DNA from: a virus
Taxonomy: Duplodnaviria; Caudoviricetes
IMG/VR virus record: IMGVR_UViG_3300047403_000186
Span: 1-49,089 of that record
DNA length: 49,089 nt
Reading direction: 5' to 3' (one strand)
Part shown: positions 36,722 to 46,439 of the stretch, piece by piece
Layout of the letters: each line of letters starts with the position of its first letter
Position numbering within the stretch: the stretch's first letter is position 1
Program-made: the position numbers and the translations under genes
The notes under the pieces: generated by a model
Databases searched by the model: none
What the model saw: the letters and a program-made list of their open reading frames with translations, nothing else
What the model was told of the DNA's origin: nothing

Positions 36722-37350
36722 TTGGTGACCCGTGGCGTGGGCGTGGGCTGGTCGAGCTTGTCGGCGACCTTCTCGAGCAGCTTGGCCATGTGCGCGTTGG
36801 TGGCCTGCTGCTCTGCGAGCTTCTTCCGCTCGATATCCACCAGCGACTCCTGCCGGCTGCTGCGCGCCGCGGCACGCTCAGCGGCGACCGCACGGCGGCT
36901 CTTGATCAGCGCCTCGACATGCGTGCAGCCGTTGGTGTACGTGCGAATGCCGCGCGCGTCGACCGTGAACGTCTTGGGGTCAGACGCACAAGGGGACAGG
37001 CTGATCCCCGCCTCCTCAAACTCGGCCGCGAGCGCCGGAATCTGCGCTAGCAGCCCATGGCGCACCGGGCAGCGTCCGTGCTCGACAAAGCCGACCACGG
37101 TGCCGTCAGCGTTGCGCTGCTTGTGCAGCTGCTGCCGCTTCGCTTCGACGACGGCAGCGTGCTTGCTCGGCGCGCCAGGCGCTACCAGCTGGATGTCGGT
37201 GACGTTGCCCTGGAGGTCAACGAACTTGTCCGACACGCCAGACACCCACTTCTCAGAGCGGCGCTCGCCAGCGTACACGACGGTGCGCGGCTTCTCGGGG
37301 TTGAGCCGCTTTCCGGCGTCGTGTGCAATCGACTTGCTGAGTGATCCCAT
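36718..37350 (-). CDS. Hypothetical protein after the capsid gene
   Basis: GAGGAG RBS before ATG 37350. Confidence 0.65.
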   Translation of the reverse strand: MGSLSKSIAHDAGKRLNPEKPRTVVYAGERRSEKWVSGVSDKFVDLQGNVTDIQLVAPGAPSKHAAVVEAKRQQLHKQRNADGTVVGFVEHGRCPVRHGLLAQIPALAAEFEEAGISLSPCASDPKTFTVDARGIRTYTNGCTHVEALIKSRRAVAAERAAARSSRQESLVDIERKKLAEQQATNAHMAKLLEKVADKLDQPTPTPRVTK

Positions 37351-37361
37351 TTGTCTCCTCG

Positions 37362-37414
37362 TGGGGGCCGGTGGCATTGCACCACCGCGCACGGCTTCAG
37401 ACCGCAGTACCCCC
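37362..37414 (-). ncRNA. tRNA-like mini-structure
   Basis: GGGGGT...GGTGG-TGCAATG-CCACC-GGCCCCC-A between the capsid gene and the next gene. Confidence 0.4.
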
Positions 37415-37423
37415 GGCCGACGA

Positions 37424-38368
37424 TCAGGCGTCGGTGACGAGCTTCTGGCCCATCGTGTTGTTGGTGATGCCGCAGCCCCAGCGCATCGTCATGACGAACT
37501 CGGTGGTCCGCTTCGACGCGTTGCGCTCGGTCTCGACCCGGAACTCACGGAGCGAGCCCTGGCCGATCGCCGCCGTCGCACGCTGCGACTCGATGTCGCC
37601 GCGGACGAAGATTGCCGAGACCACGTCGGCGCCGGTGTTCGCGGTATCCGTCAGCGACTGACGGTACAGCGGCACGCCCTTGTACGAGAGCACGTAGCCC
37701 TCGGCGTTGCGGCCAGAGTCGCCGCTCGGCGACACTGCCATCATCCGGTCCGCCGCCCCGGCGTACACCGCGATATTGCTCGACTGCGCCTGCAGGTCGT
37801 CCTGCAGATCGCGGATCGCCTGGTTGTCGAAGATGCCAACCAGCTCGCCCTGCACGCCGCGCTCGGCGAGATCGTAGATCGCATCGTCGATGTCGATCAC
37901 GCGGCAGTTGGTGCCCGAGGTGCCCGAGCTGTTGGTGAACGACGCGAACAGCGCGCACGCGTCGTCGTTGGCAGCCGCCATCAGGATGGACGCGCCGTCC
38001 GGAACCAGGAACGCCAGGACGTCCGCGGCCGACGCCGCCGACTCGATCACCTGGTCGGTGACCTCGCGCAGCAGTCCGTACTCGGAGATCGAGAACGTGT
38101 TGTCCAGCGTCTCGAGCTCGGTGGCCGAGAGGTCGGACGCCTCGGTGGCGTTGTACTCGGTGTCAACCGCCGAGTCCGGCGTGGGCTGGTCGCCCTGGTC
38201 GGACACCCAGCGGGGGACGCTGACGGTGGTCGATCCGTTCGTCGGATTCCAGCGCGCAAAGAACTGCGACGGGTTCTGGTAGTTGGCAGCGTACGACTGG
38301 ATGAATGGAGCGATCCACTCGCCGTACACGAGCTCGGTCAGGGTGGTCAGGGTGGTCTCGTTGGCCAT
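37424..38368 (-). CDS. Major capsid protein (HK97 fold)
   Basis: 314 aa after the scaffold; TVSVPR, YKGVPLY, VETERNA..RTTEFV...WG.G. Confidence 0.85.
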   Translation of the reverse strand: MANETTLTTLTELVYGEWIAPFIQSYAANYQNPSQFFARWNPTNGSTTVSVPRWVSDQGDQPTPDSAVDTEYNATEASDLSATELETLDNTFSISEYGLLREVTDQVIESAASAADVLAFLVPDGASILMAAANDDACALFASFTNSSGTSGTNCRVIDIDDAIYDLAERGVQGELVGIFDNQAIRDLQDDLQAQSSNIAVYAGAADRMMAVSPSGDSGRNAEGYVLSYKGVPLYRQSLTDTANTGADVVSAIFVRGDIESQRATAAIGQGSLREFRVETERNASKRTTEFVMTMRWGCGITNNTMGQKLVTDA

Positions 38369-38373
38369 GGGAG

Positions 38374-39105
38374 TTACCTCTGGCGCCTGCTCTCAGGAGT
38401 CAGCCGGAACGTCCGCAGGTCGCGCATCACAGCGTCGGTGAACATGCTCATCGCCTTCGTCTGACCGTGCTTTGCGACCAGCGTGTCAAAGTCGTGCGCG
38501 CTGATCTCGCGGGGGCGAGACAGAGCGATCGACTCGCTGTCGCGAAGGTTGGTCGGCGCGGCGGCGCCCATGTCCGAGCTGTTTGGCTTCTGCTTCTGCT
38601 CCGGTGCCTGAGTCTGCGCCGGTTTGATGTTGTCTGCGATTGCGGTTGCGGGAGGTGGTGTCTTCGCGAGCCCCATGTCTGCCAGGTACGCGTCCACCTC
38701 GCTGCCGAACGACTCCAGCGGCGCAGTCGCCAGCGCGGCGCGCATGCGTCGATCCTGTGCCTCCGTCAATCCATGCTTTGCGGCCCGCGCGGAAAAGACT
38801 CGCTCGCGCTCCAGGGCCGATTGCATTTCAGTATGGGAGACACCGGACGGCGCAGACGCGGGGGCGGACTGCGGCGAGGTCGGCGGGTCAGCTGCGGCGG
38901 CCTGCTTGGCCAGCACACCCGTCCGTCGGAGATTTGCGAAAATCTCGTTTCTCTGAGACGTGAGCTTCTCGTCGAACACGCCCGTCAGGTGGGTCGTGAT
39001 TTGCGCGACGAGCGCGGCCACGTCAAGAGTTGGCGCCTGCGCTGGCGCCTCGGCGGGTGGAGTCGGTGCCGCGCCGCCACCAGGCGACGAGCCCTCCTCG
39101 GACAT
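38374..39105 (-). CDS. Capsid scaffolding protein
   Basis: Pro/Ala-rich helical protein immediately upstream of the capsid gene. Confidence 0.7.
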   Translation of the reverse strand: MSEEGSSPGGGAAPTPPAEAPAQAPTLDVAALVAQITTHLTGVFDEKLTSQRNEIFANLRRTGVLAKQAAAADPPTSPQSAPASAPSGVSHTEMQSALERERVFSARAAKHGLTEAQDRRMRAALATAPLESFGSEVDAYLADMGLAKTPPPATAIADNIKPAQTQAPEQKQKPNSSDMGAAAPTNLRDSESIALSRPREISAHDFDTLVAKHGQTKAMSMFTDAVMRDLRTFRLTPESRRQR

Positions 39106-39192
39106 CAGTGCTTTGCTTGGACGTTGAAACATTCTTTCTCTCTCGCCCGGAGCCGGCGACGCAGCCCAATACGAGGGCCAATCCGTGCGACG

Positions 39193-39228
39193 AGAGTCAA
39201 TGTTCAGACTATGAGTTAGAGATAATTA
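39193..39228 (-). promoter_or_regulatory. Degenerate late-promoter motif with structured leader
   Basis: TAATTATCTC-N20-GACTCT; two hairpins before the scaffold start. Confidence 0.4.
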
Positions 39229-39813
39229 CGTGTCCGAAAACGTCGACGCGATCTGACTGTAGCCGTGCCCCGTTGGCAGGCTGTAATTGACTATCACCGT
39301 GTGCCCGGCGGCCCGCACCTTGCGACAGAACCCGATATCCTCTCCGCACGTCACGCCGCAGCCGTCCTCGCTGTCAACCTGGACAAACCACGGGCGCGGG
39401 AGGTCGCGCAGCTTGATCAGGTCGATCAGCATGTATCCGGTGCCGACTTCACCCGGGTAGCACTCGCCAGGCTGCGACGGGTGGCAATTCACCCGCGAGC
39501 CATTGCGCGTCACCACCGCGGCTCCCACCACCGCGGCGTCATGGCTCGACATCACCTGCCACATGTGCGCAAGTCCGCCCTCTGGCACCATGGGGAACGT
39601 GTCGGCGTCCATGGTCAGCAGCAGCCGGGCGCCGGCCGCGTAGGCCTCGCGGACCAGCACATTGCGAGCGCGCGGGATGCCGCTGTTGTCGCACCACAGA
39701 GGCAGCGGGCGCCAGCCGAGCTCGACGCACGTCAGCGCGTCCTGCTGCCACGCGTACGCCGTTTGAATCGCCACCTGCTGCCGGTAGGCCGGGATCGCGA
39801 GCGCGCAGATCAT
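39226..39813 (-). CDS. GT-A fold glycosyltransferase
   Basis: IPAY, RARN, MDAD, GTGYMLI, GEDIGFC. Confidence 0.85.
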   Translation of the reverse strand: MICALAIPAYRQQVAIQTAYAWQQDALTCVELGWRPLPLWCDNSGIPRARNVLVREAYAAGARLLLTMDADTFPMVPEGGLAHMWQVMSSHDAAVVGAAVVTRNGSRVNCHPSQPGECYPGEVGTGYMLIDLIKLRDLPRPWFVQVDSEDGCGVTCGEDIGFCRKVRAAGHTVIVNYSLPTGHGYSQIASTFSDT

Positions 39814-40556
39814 CGCTTCCGTCTCCTCAATGGCTCGATGCCGCGCTTGCGGCACCAGTCCTCATTCCACAGGTGTGCATGCGCGTCAGGGTGCGAAAAC
39901 GCGCGCCCACGCTCAAAGACGCGCGACCTGTCGGCGACACGACGAGCGGCAGTGATCGGGTTGGCTTGCGCACGCGCCGAGAAACCGTCGGGGAACATGC
40001 CGGCCGAGCACGTCGGCTCATCGTGGATATGCCAGCCGACGTAGAACTGGACCTGCATGGAGAAGTCCCAGTCCCCCGAATACCGCAGCGATTCGTCGTG
40101 CTCGCCGACCTCTCGCCACACGTCGACCCGGTACACGTTGGTGCAGCCGGTGAACACCGAGTCCGAATAAATGTGTCGCTGCCAGTCGGCGGGTATCGCC
40201 CAAACCGATACCGCTACCGGATCGAAGTGCGGCGAGCTCGAGCAGCGCGCCGCGCCGCTGGACACGACCTCGATCTGCCGCGCCTTGGCGTCTGAATAGA
40301 ACAGATCGCCAACGTCCAGCCGGCACGCGATATCGCTGTCAGCCAGCAGGCGGATCCCGGCGTTGAGCGCACCCGAACAGCCGCGGTTTTCCGTCAGGTG
40401 CACGACGTCGCACGGGAGGGCATCTAGGCCCGCGTCGTGGCAGCCGTCGTCGACGACGATCACCCGATCCATGCCGGGGACCGCCAGGGCTGACTCGACC
40501 GTGGACAGCACGCGAGCGAACGGCTCGCGGTAGCACGGCACAACCGTGACGATCAC
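39810..40556 (-). CDS. Family 2 glycosyltransferase
   Basis: VVPCY, VIVVDDG, NRG.SGALNAG, LD.GD, DESL..SGDWDF. Confidence 0.9.
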   Translation of the reverse strand: MIVTVVPCYREPFARVLSTVESALAVPGMDRVIVVDDGCHDAGLDALPCDVVHLTENRGCSGALNAGIRLLADSDIACRLDVGDLFYSDAKARQIEVVSSGAARCSSSPHFDPVAVSVWAIPADWQRHIYSDSVFTGCTNVYRVDVWREVGEHDESLRYSGDWDFSMQVQFYVGWHIHDEPTCSAGMFPDGFSARAQANPITAARRVADRSRVFERGRAFSHPDAHAHLWNEDWCRKRGIEPLRRRKR

Positions 40557-42034
40557 TGTATCGGCTCGCCCCGGTTGGCCTGAAACGGAGTCTCGCCGTC
40601 TCGCTGCACGATGTCCTCGGTGCTCGCGCCCATCGAGCCAGAGAGCGCCTGCATGCCACGCAGAAACACGATCCGCCGTGTCTCGATCTCAATATTCTCC
40701 CGCAGGTACTCCTCGGCCTGGTCGTCCGTCATATCGGGATTACGCTTCGTGATCTCCTCGATCGTCGTGGTCAGCCCCAGCTGGCGCCGCTTCTCGAAGA
40801 CCTGATCCAGCTCGGACTCGGTCAGCGGCTGCTGCACCTCGCCGAAATCGATCCCCCAGCCGTCGACGTTGAACGCATACGCCGGCAGGTCCGCCGCGTT
40901 GACCGCGGACTGGATCTTGGCCAGCTCGCGCTCGACGCGACGCATGACCGGGATCCGCTTCTTGCGTAGCTCACGCAGAGGGATCCGCCGCAGGTGAATC
41001 TCGGCGCCACTGGACGCGTCGCGCTGGTGCAGAACCGCCGGCGGCAGTCCGTGATTTGCAGCCGCGCGCTCGAGCACGTGATCCGCGTTGTCGCGAAACA
41101 TGACCAGATCCATGCCGCGATCCACGACCTGCACCGTCACGCCCTCGGGCAGCAGCACCTCGCGCTCGGTGTCTGACGACTGGCCCACCGTAGCCGCCGA
41201 CGTGTCGCCGCTCAGGTACGCCTGCTTGTTGGCGCTCTTGCTCTCCTTGAGCAGCAGCACGTTCTGGAACCAGATTGACTCGTGCGCTGCCACCAGGTCC
41301 GACGCTGGCGACTGCGACATCAGCCGGCCCTTAGCCGTCGGTGGTACGAGTGACGCCAGCACGCCAGGAAGTCGTCCGAACTCCAGCGGGCGCCACGTCG
41401 ACGGAATCACCTGGCACTTACCGTCGAGCTGGAACGTCTCGTCAGCGGCAATCACCCGGTAGCACGGCGTCAGCGCGGTCGCGTTGCGCGGCGTCTGGTT
41501 GATCATCACGGCGACCAGCTGACCAGGATCGGCCGGGTGGGCAATCGCCCAGAACTGAGCCGGCGAGATCACGTCAAACACCGGCTCACTCGTATCGCGC
41601 CGCACGCGGTACTGGATCCAGCACTCGGCATGGCGCCCCAGCATGGCGTCGACCTCGCGCATGGCGCCGTCGATATTCGCCAGATCGTTGAGCGCCTGGT
41701 AGGTGTCGTTGCCGTCGGACACGTATCGCTTCGCCGGCTCGCTGTAGACCGTCGCGATCTCGACCGTCACCCGGCGAAGTACGTTGTTCCACTTTGCCCA
41801 GGCGACCAGATCCGCCCGTAGCTTGCGAGTAAGCGGATCCTCAAAGGCGCGGTAGATCAGCTGCTTGATGTACTCGTCGCCGCCGCCGTCATAGTACGCG
41901 TCGCGCTTCTTTGCCTCGTTGATTCTCTCGATCTCGTGCGGATCGCGCACGTAGTGATCGCGCAGGTGATCGCCGACAAAGCGCCACGACACAGGGCCGC
42001 CGCCGACGGTGTCCAAGATCTCGCGCAGCCCCAT
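40553..42034 (-). CDS. Portal protein (SPP1-like)
   Basis: After terL; YYDG, N.LRRV....AT.Y, ASSG, IDFGE. Confidence 0.85.
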   Translation of the reverse strand: MGLREILDTVGGGPVSWRFVGDHLRDHYVRDPHEIERINEAKKRDAYYDGGGDEYIKQLIYRAFEDPLTRKLRADLVAWAKWNNVLRRVTVEIATVYSEPAKRYVSDGNDTYQALNDLANIDGAMREVDAMLGRHAECWIQYRVRRDTSEPVFDVISPAQFWAIAHPADPGQLVAVMINQTPRNATALTPCYRVIAADETFQLDGKCQVIPSTWRPLEFGRLPGVLASLVPPTAKGRLMSQSPASDLVAAHESIWFQNVLLLKESKSANKQAYLSGDTSAATVGQSSDTEREVLLPEGVTVQVVDRGMDLVMFRDNADHVLERAAANHGLPPAVLHQRDASSGAEIHLRRIPLRELRKKRIPVMRRVERELAKIQSAVNAADLPAYAFNVDGWGIDFGEVQQPLTESELDQVFEKRRQLGLTTTIEEITKRNPDMTDDQAEEYLRENIEIETRRIVFLRGMQALSGSMGASTEDIVQRDGETPFQANRGEPIQ

Positions 42035-43722
42035 TAGCCGAGTCCTTTCTGGATGTCGTCGCGCAGGCCGAGCGCCATCTCTTTCTCCCACGGCCACAGC
42101 CCGTATCCGAGCGCAGCCGGAAGATCCGACTTGTCGTGACGCACGTCCTTTTCCTCGTACTCGGCGCGGCCCTTTTCGTCACGCTCCATGCTCTCAAGCG
42201 CTGCCACCAGCAGAGGCGCCGTCGGCGTGCCGCGATCGTCGCACTCGACAAACAGCCGGCGGCGCCCCATGGCATCGCAGAACAGTCCGCACAGCATGCC
42301 GATCCGCGACTCCTTCTTGATCTGGCCGACCCCCACGGAGTCGTTTTTCTTGTACTGCGCTGGTCGCACGTCGAGCCCGATCCGCTTCCAGATCCGCAGC
42401 ATGTCCTGGTCGGGCTTATCCTCCGACGCGCCCACCGGCTGCGCGCGAACGTGCAGGATCTCAGCGTCGGGGCGCACGTTGATCCCTCGAGCACGCGACC
42501 ACTCGAGCACGCGCACAGCATGCTGTTCGATCGTCTCGTGTAGCGTGAAGATTTCTCCGCGTACCCACCAGAACACCTGCGAGCCAGAACCGGGCAGGGT
42601 GTACGCGTCCAGAAACACCGTCGCCGCCTTGGCCTGCCCCGGATCGTGTCCCGCCAGCGCCGCATGACGCGGGTTGCCCGTTTTCTTTGAGAGCACATAC
42701 CCCGTGATGCGCTTGGCTCCGACGGGCAGCGGGCGCAGGTTTTCGCGCCGGTCCCACGTGTGGTACAGGCGCGATTCCGGCGCGACATCCTCGGCCAGAT
42801 AGCGGCGCCGAAATTCGCGATCCGTCAGCCCGCTGCGTCGTTTGGTGTCCAGAAATCCAGCGGCGACGAACGGACTGTCAGCGACGAGCAGGCGAGCCAG
42901 CCCCCACTGTCCGCCAGCCAGCACCTGATCGCGCACGGTGCGAAACTCTGGATCGTCCTTCGCCGTCGCGGTCGCCAGCTGCTTGTACCTGCCGCCGCGC
43001 GCGGCGCGGCCGCGCGACTCGATATCGGCGTGCACGTCGATCTGATCCTGAAACTCATCACGACCGGCCCAGCTCCAGTTGAACCCCTGGATCGGCGAGC
43101 CCGCCGCCGCCGACGTGCGCTGCGTGTGACGAAACCTGATTCGGCTGCCGTCGCACAGCTCAAAACCCTCGAAGTCATCGCGCGCAACGTAACGACACCA
43201 CGACGAGCGCCACAGCTTTAGGAACTCGTGCTTGACCAGGCCAAGACGCGCCAGCGTCGGCGCCGTCTGTCCGCCCTCGCGATGCTCGCCCAGGTTTTCG
43301 ATCCAGCGTCGGTGGTGCCACATCGCCAGCGCCGTCGTCTTGCCGCCGCCCTCGGAGCCGATCACGAGCTGGCCAAGCGGTACGCTGTCAGCGTGCATGA
43401 CGATCGGAGCCTGTGCCTCGCTCGCCAGCCAGACCCTCGGATCCCGGCTCGGCCCCACAATCGTTGGCGTGGTCGCCTTGGTGTCGACGATTCCGCCCCA
43501 GCGGTGCTCGTGCACGACCGAGGCGCGCCGACCAGACTCGAGCTCGATCGGGCCGTTGTCGTCCACGCGGATCACGCGCAGCACCACGCCGACGTCCACA
43601 AAGCGGTCGAACCCCTCGACGCGCTCGGAGACCTTGCGCATGATCGCGCGTCGTCGATAGGCCGGGTTAGTTAGCAGACCGACCCCCAGAGCGAGCGCGA
43701 GGACGACAAGCCAAGATCTCAA
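42034..43722 (-). CDS. terL: Terminase large subunit
   Basis: GSEGGGKT Walker A, AGRDE Walker B, GHDPG and SDLPAALGYG nuclease motifs. Confidence 0.9.
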   Translation of the reverse strand: MRSWLVVLALALGVGLLTNPAYRRRAIMRKVSERVEGFDRFVDVGVVLRVIRVDDNGPIELESGRRASVVHEHRWGGIVDTKATTPTIVGPSRDPRVWLASEAQAPIVMHADSVPLGQLVIGSEGGGKTTALAMWHHRRWIENLGEHREGGQTAPTLARLGLVKHEFLKLWRSSWCRYVARDDFEGFELCDGSRIRFRHTQRTSAAAGSPIQGFNWSWAGRDEFQDQIDVHADIESRGRAARGGRYKQLATATAKDDPEFRTVRDQVLAGGQWGLARLLVADSPFVAAGFLDTKRRSGLTDREFRRRYLAEDVAPESRLYHTWDRRENLRPLPVGAKRITGYVLSKKTGNPRHAALAGHDPGQAKAATVFLDAYTLPGSGSQVFWWVRGEIFTLHETIEQHAVRVLEWSRARGINVRPDAEILHVRAQPVGASEDKPDQDMLRIWKRIGLDVRPAQYKKNDSVGVGQIKKESRIGMLCGLFCDAMGRRRLFVECDDRGTPTAPLLVAALESMERDEKGRAEYEEKDVRHDKSDLPAALGYGLWPWEKEMALGLRDDIQKGLG

Positions 43723-44093
43723 TTTCCGCCCCGTATGCCGGACATCTCGCGCTCGTGTCGAATGAGCCGGCGATCGTGGTCGCGATCTTCAATGATCTGC
43801 TGCAGCTCGTTGCTGATCCGCGCCCACTTGGACGCGCAATCGAACGCCTTGAGCCCCAGCGACTTTTCTTTGTCGGTGCCGTCCAGCCAGTCCCGTCCAT
43901 GGCGAATCAGCAGCCGCTCGCGCTCGCGGGCCTCGTTGATTCGTGCGCGCAGGTCTGCGTCGTCGTCCTCCTCCGTGAAGGCAACGACGGGATCTCCTGG
44001 GTCGGTGATACAGCGGTGACAGACATCGCCGCGCGAAAACTCCGCGCCGTGACGATTGCAGCGATGACCCGTCGGCGTATCTACCCAGTACAC
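43719..44093 (-). CDS. Putative terminase small subunit
   Basis: 124-aa helical protein coupled upstream of terL. Confidence 0.5.
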   Translation of the reverse strand: MYWVDTPTGHRCNRHGAEFSRGDVCHRCITDPGDPVVAFTEEDDDADLRARINEARERERLLIRHGRDWLDGTDKEKSLGLKAFDCASKWARISNELQQIIEDRDHDRRLIRHEREMSGIRGGN

Positions 44094-44182
44094 GACGCAA
44101 CGATCTGGAATCGCTACTATGCGAGAGAGATTTAGGCGCCTAATACTCTCTGTTTCTCGACGAGAGACACAGTGTTGCCGGC
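44094..44182. promoter_or_regulatory. Back-to-back late promoters
   Basis: GAGAGATTTA-GGCGCC-TAATACTCTC. Minus strand: TAAATCTCTC-N19-GATCGT-N6-GTG. Plus strand: TAATACTCTC-N19-CAGTGT-N7-ATG. Confidence 0.7.
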
Positions 44183-44563
44183 ATGGGAAGTTTTGCCGAA
44201 TCGCAACGCAACGCGATGCTCGATGCCCTGGTGGGGCGCGCGACGTACACCGCCAGTGCGGCGTTTTACGTCAAGCTGCACCTCGGCGATCCGGGCGCAG
44301 CGGGCACGAGCAATGCCGCCGCCAACACCACGCGCCAGGCGGTGACGTTTGGCAGCGCGGCTGCTACCGGCGCGATCAGCAACACGGTGGCCATCGAGTG
44401 GACCAACGTGTCCACCACCGAGACGTATTCCCACGTCTCTTTCTGGACCGCGTCGAGCGGCGGCACGTTTCTGGGCTCGGACGACCTGAGCTCGAGTGCT
44501 GCGGTAACCGCCGGTGACACATTTCGAATCCCGATCGGCGACCTCGATCTGACGCTGACCTGA
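44183..44563 (+). CDS. Small fibre-associated virion protein
   Basis: YVKLH.GDPG..GT.N...RQAVTF...ISN...F.IP.GDL.LTL, a widespread phage structural family. Confidence 0.75.
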   Translation: MGSFAESQRNAMLDALVGRATYTASAAFYVKLHLGDPGAAGTSNAAANTTRQAVTFGSAAATGAISNTVAIEWTNVSTTETYSHVSFWTASSGGTFLGSDDLSSSAAVTAGDTFRIPIGDLDLTLT

Positions 44564-44570
44564 GGACGAC

Positions 44571-45695
44571 ATGGCCGACGGCGTATCAATCACCGCGGGC
44601 ACAGGGACCACGATCCTGACCGACGACACCGGCGTTGGCGGGCACGCCCAGGTGGTCAAGCTCGCGATCTCGACAGACGGATCTGGGACACTGATCCCGG
44701 CAGACGCCGCCAACGGGATTGACGTTGACGTGACCCGCCTGCCGGCCCTAGCCGCCGGGACAAACAATATCGGTGACGTCGACGTGCTGACCGTGCCGGC
44801 GCCGCTCTCGACGACCGGAAACGGAACAGCCGCAACTGCGCTGCGAGTATCGCTCGCCAGCGACTCGACGGGTATCGTATCGCTGACCACCAGCACCGCG
44901 TCGATCGGCAAGCTCGCGGCCAATAGCGGCGTGGACATCGGTGACGTTGACGTCCTGTCGCTCCCTGCGCTCGCTGCCGGGACCAACTACGTCGGCAAGG
45001 TGCGACTCACCGACGGTACCAGCGATCTGACCGTCGACACCCTGCACAACGACGCAGAGAGCAACACCGAGAACCACCTCGACGTGGCCGCAAAGCTCAT
45101 GGGCTACAACGGCACCGACTGGGATCGCCTGCGATCGACGATCGCTAACGGTCTCGCCGTCGACGTGACCCGCCTGCCGGCGAGCACCAACACGCTCGAG
45201 GTCGTTGGCGACGTAGCCCACGATGTCGCCGCGGCCGGAAACCCTGTGCTGCTCGCTGGCATCGCGCAGGATACGGACGGTACGGCACCGCCGAACCGCG
45301 TGAACGCCGAGGGCGACGCGGTGAGGCTGGCGACAGACCGAGACGGATCGCTCTACGTGCGCCCCCACGGGCCGCAGGTCTGGTCGTATCACTTCGACGG
45401 ATCCACGGCGCAGACCGACACGAGCGTGCAGGCAGCTCCGGGCGTAGGGCTGTCGCTGTACGTCACCGACATCGTGATCAGCCTCGGCGCTGCCACGGCG
45501 CTGAACGTGTTTTTTGAGGAAGGCACCACGACCAAGGTACTCGGCCCGTACTATCTTGAGGCAGTGAACGGACGCGGGCTACACGTCCGATTTTCCACGC
45601 CCAAGAAGATCACCGCAAACACGGCGCTGACCTTCACGAGCTCGGCGTCCGTCGCGCACTGCGTAGACGTGACCGGATTTATTGCGCAGGGGTGA
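44571..45695 (+). CDS. Fibre-like structural protein
   Basis: Repeated LPALAAGTN.IGDVDV and VDVTRLP motifs. Confidence 0.65.
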   Translation: MADGVSITAGTGTTILTDDTGVGGHAQVVKLAISTDGSGTLIPADAANGIDVDVTRLPALAAGTNNIGDVDVLTVPAPLSTTGNGTAATALRVSLASDSTGIVSLTTSTASIGKLAANSGVDIGDVDVLSLPALAAGTNYVGKVRLTDGTSDLTVDTLHNDAESNTENHLDVAAKLMGYNGTDWDRLRSTIANGLAVDVTRLPASTNTLEVVGDVAHDVAAAGNPVLLAGIAQDTDGTAPPNRVNAEGDAVRLATDRDGSLYVRPHGPQVWSYHFDGSTAQTDTSVQAAPGVGLSLYVTDIVISLGAATALNVFFEEGTTTKVLGPYYLEAVNGRGLHVRFSTPKKITANTALTFTSSASVAHCVDVTGFIAQG

Positions 45696-45698
45696 GCC

Positions 45699-46439
45699 GT
45701 GGCGCTCACCATCACCAACCGCGGCACCGGCACGAACAACACCGGCGGCACGAGCTTCACGCTCGCGCCAGGCAGCAACTGCACCGCGGGCGCCCTGGTG
45801 GTGCTTTGTGTGGCAGCGGATAACTCATCTGCCGGCGGAGCCACAAACGATTTCACCACCGTGACCGACACGCTCGGAAATACGTGGACGCTGCGCCAGT
45901 TGCCTGTTTTTGACAACGGCGCGGCATCGGCTGGTGTGCAGGGTGCGATCTACACGACAAGGCAAAACGGCGGCACGCTCACCACGGCGACGACAATAAC
46001 GGTGAGCTTTGGATCGTCGCCTGTCGCCAAGACGTGGACGATGACCGAGATCAGCGCGTCAGCTGGCTACGCCGACGTCAAGTCGGGAGGAGACAAGTCG
46101 GCAGGCGCTACGGGCACCGCAGCCACCAGCGGCGCGTCCGGCACGGCAAACGTTGGTGAGGTCGTGCTGGCTGCGATCTTCATCGAGGCCGGCACCACGC
46201 AGACCTGCACGGGCGACAGCGACGCGACGAACGGGACATGGTCGACGCTGCAGTACGCCGAAGTAGGATCCACTACGTCGGGATCGTGCATCGCGAGCCA
46301 GGCAAAGGTGCAGACCACGACGTCTAGCACGCAGACGTACGACGTCACTCTTGGGATCTCGTCCGACTATCACGCGAGTTGGATCATCGTGTACGAGATT
46401 CCGTCGAGCACCGGCGATCCGTCGCTGGGGTGGTGGTAA
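45699..46439 (+). CDS. Thr/Gly-rich beta-sandwich virion protein
   Basis: VTDTLGNTWT motif. Confidence 0.65.
   Translation: MALTITNRGTGTNNTGGTSFTLAPGSNCTAGALVVLCVAADNSSAGGATNDFTTVTDTLGNTWTLRQLPVFDNGAASAGVQGAIYTTRQNGGTLTTATTITVSFGSSPVAKTWTMTEISASAGYADVKSGGDKSAGATGTAATSGASGTANVGEVVLAAIFIEAGTTQTCTGDSDATNGTWSTLQYAEVGSTTSGSCIASQAKVQTTTSSTQTYDVTLGISSDYHASWIIVYEIPSSTGDPSLGWW

Noticed and set aside
36419-38464. 681-aa plus-strand ORF and similar long antisense ORFs (e.g. 14251-15303, 48122-49075)
   Set aside because: Shadow frames of well-supported genes in GC-rich DNA.
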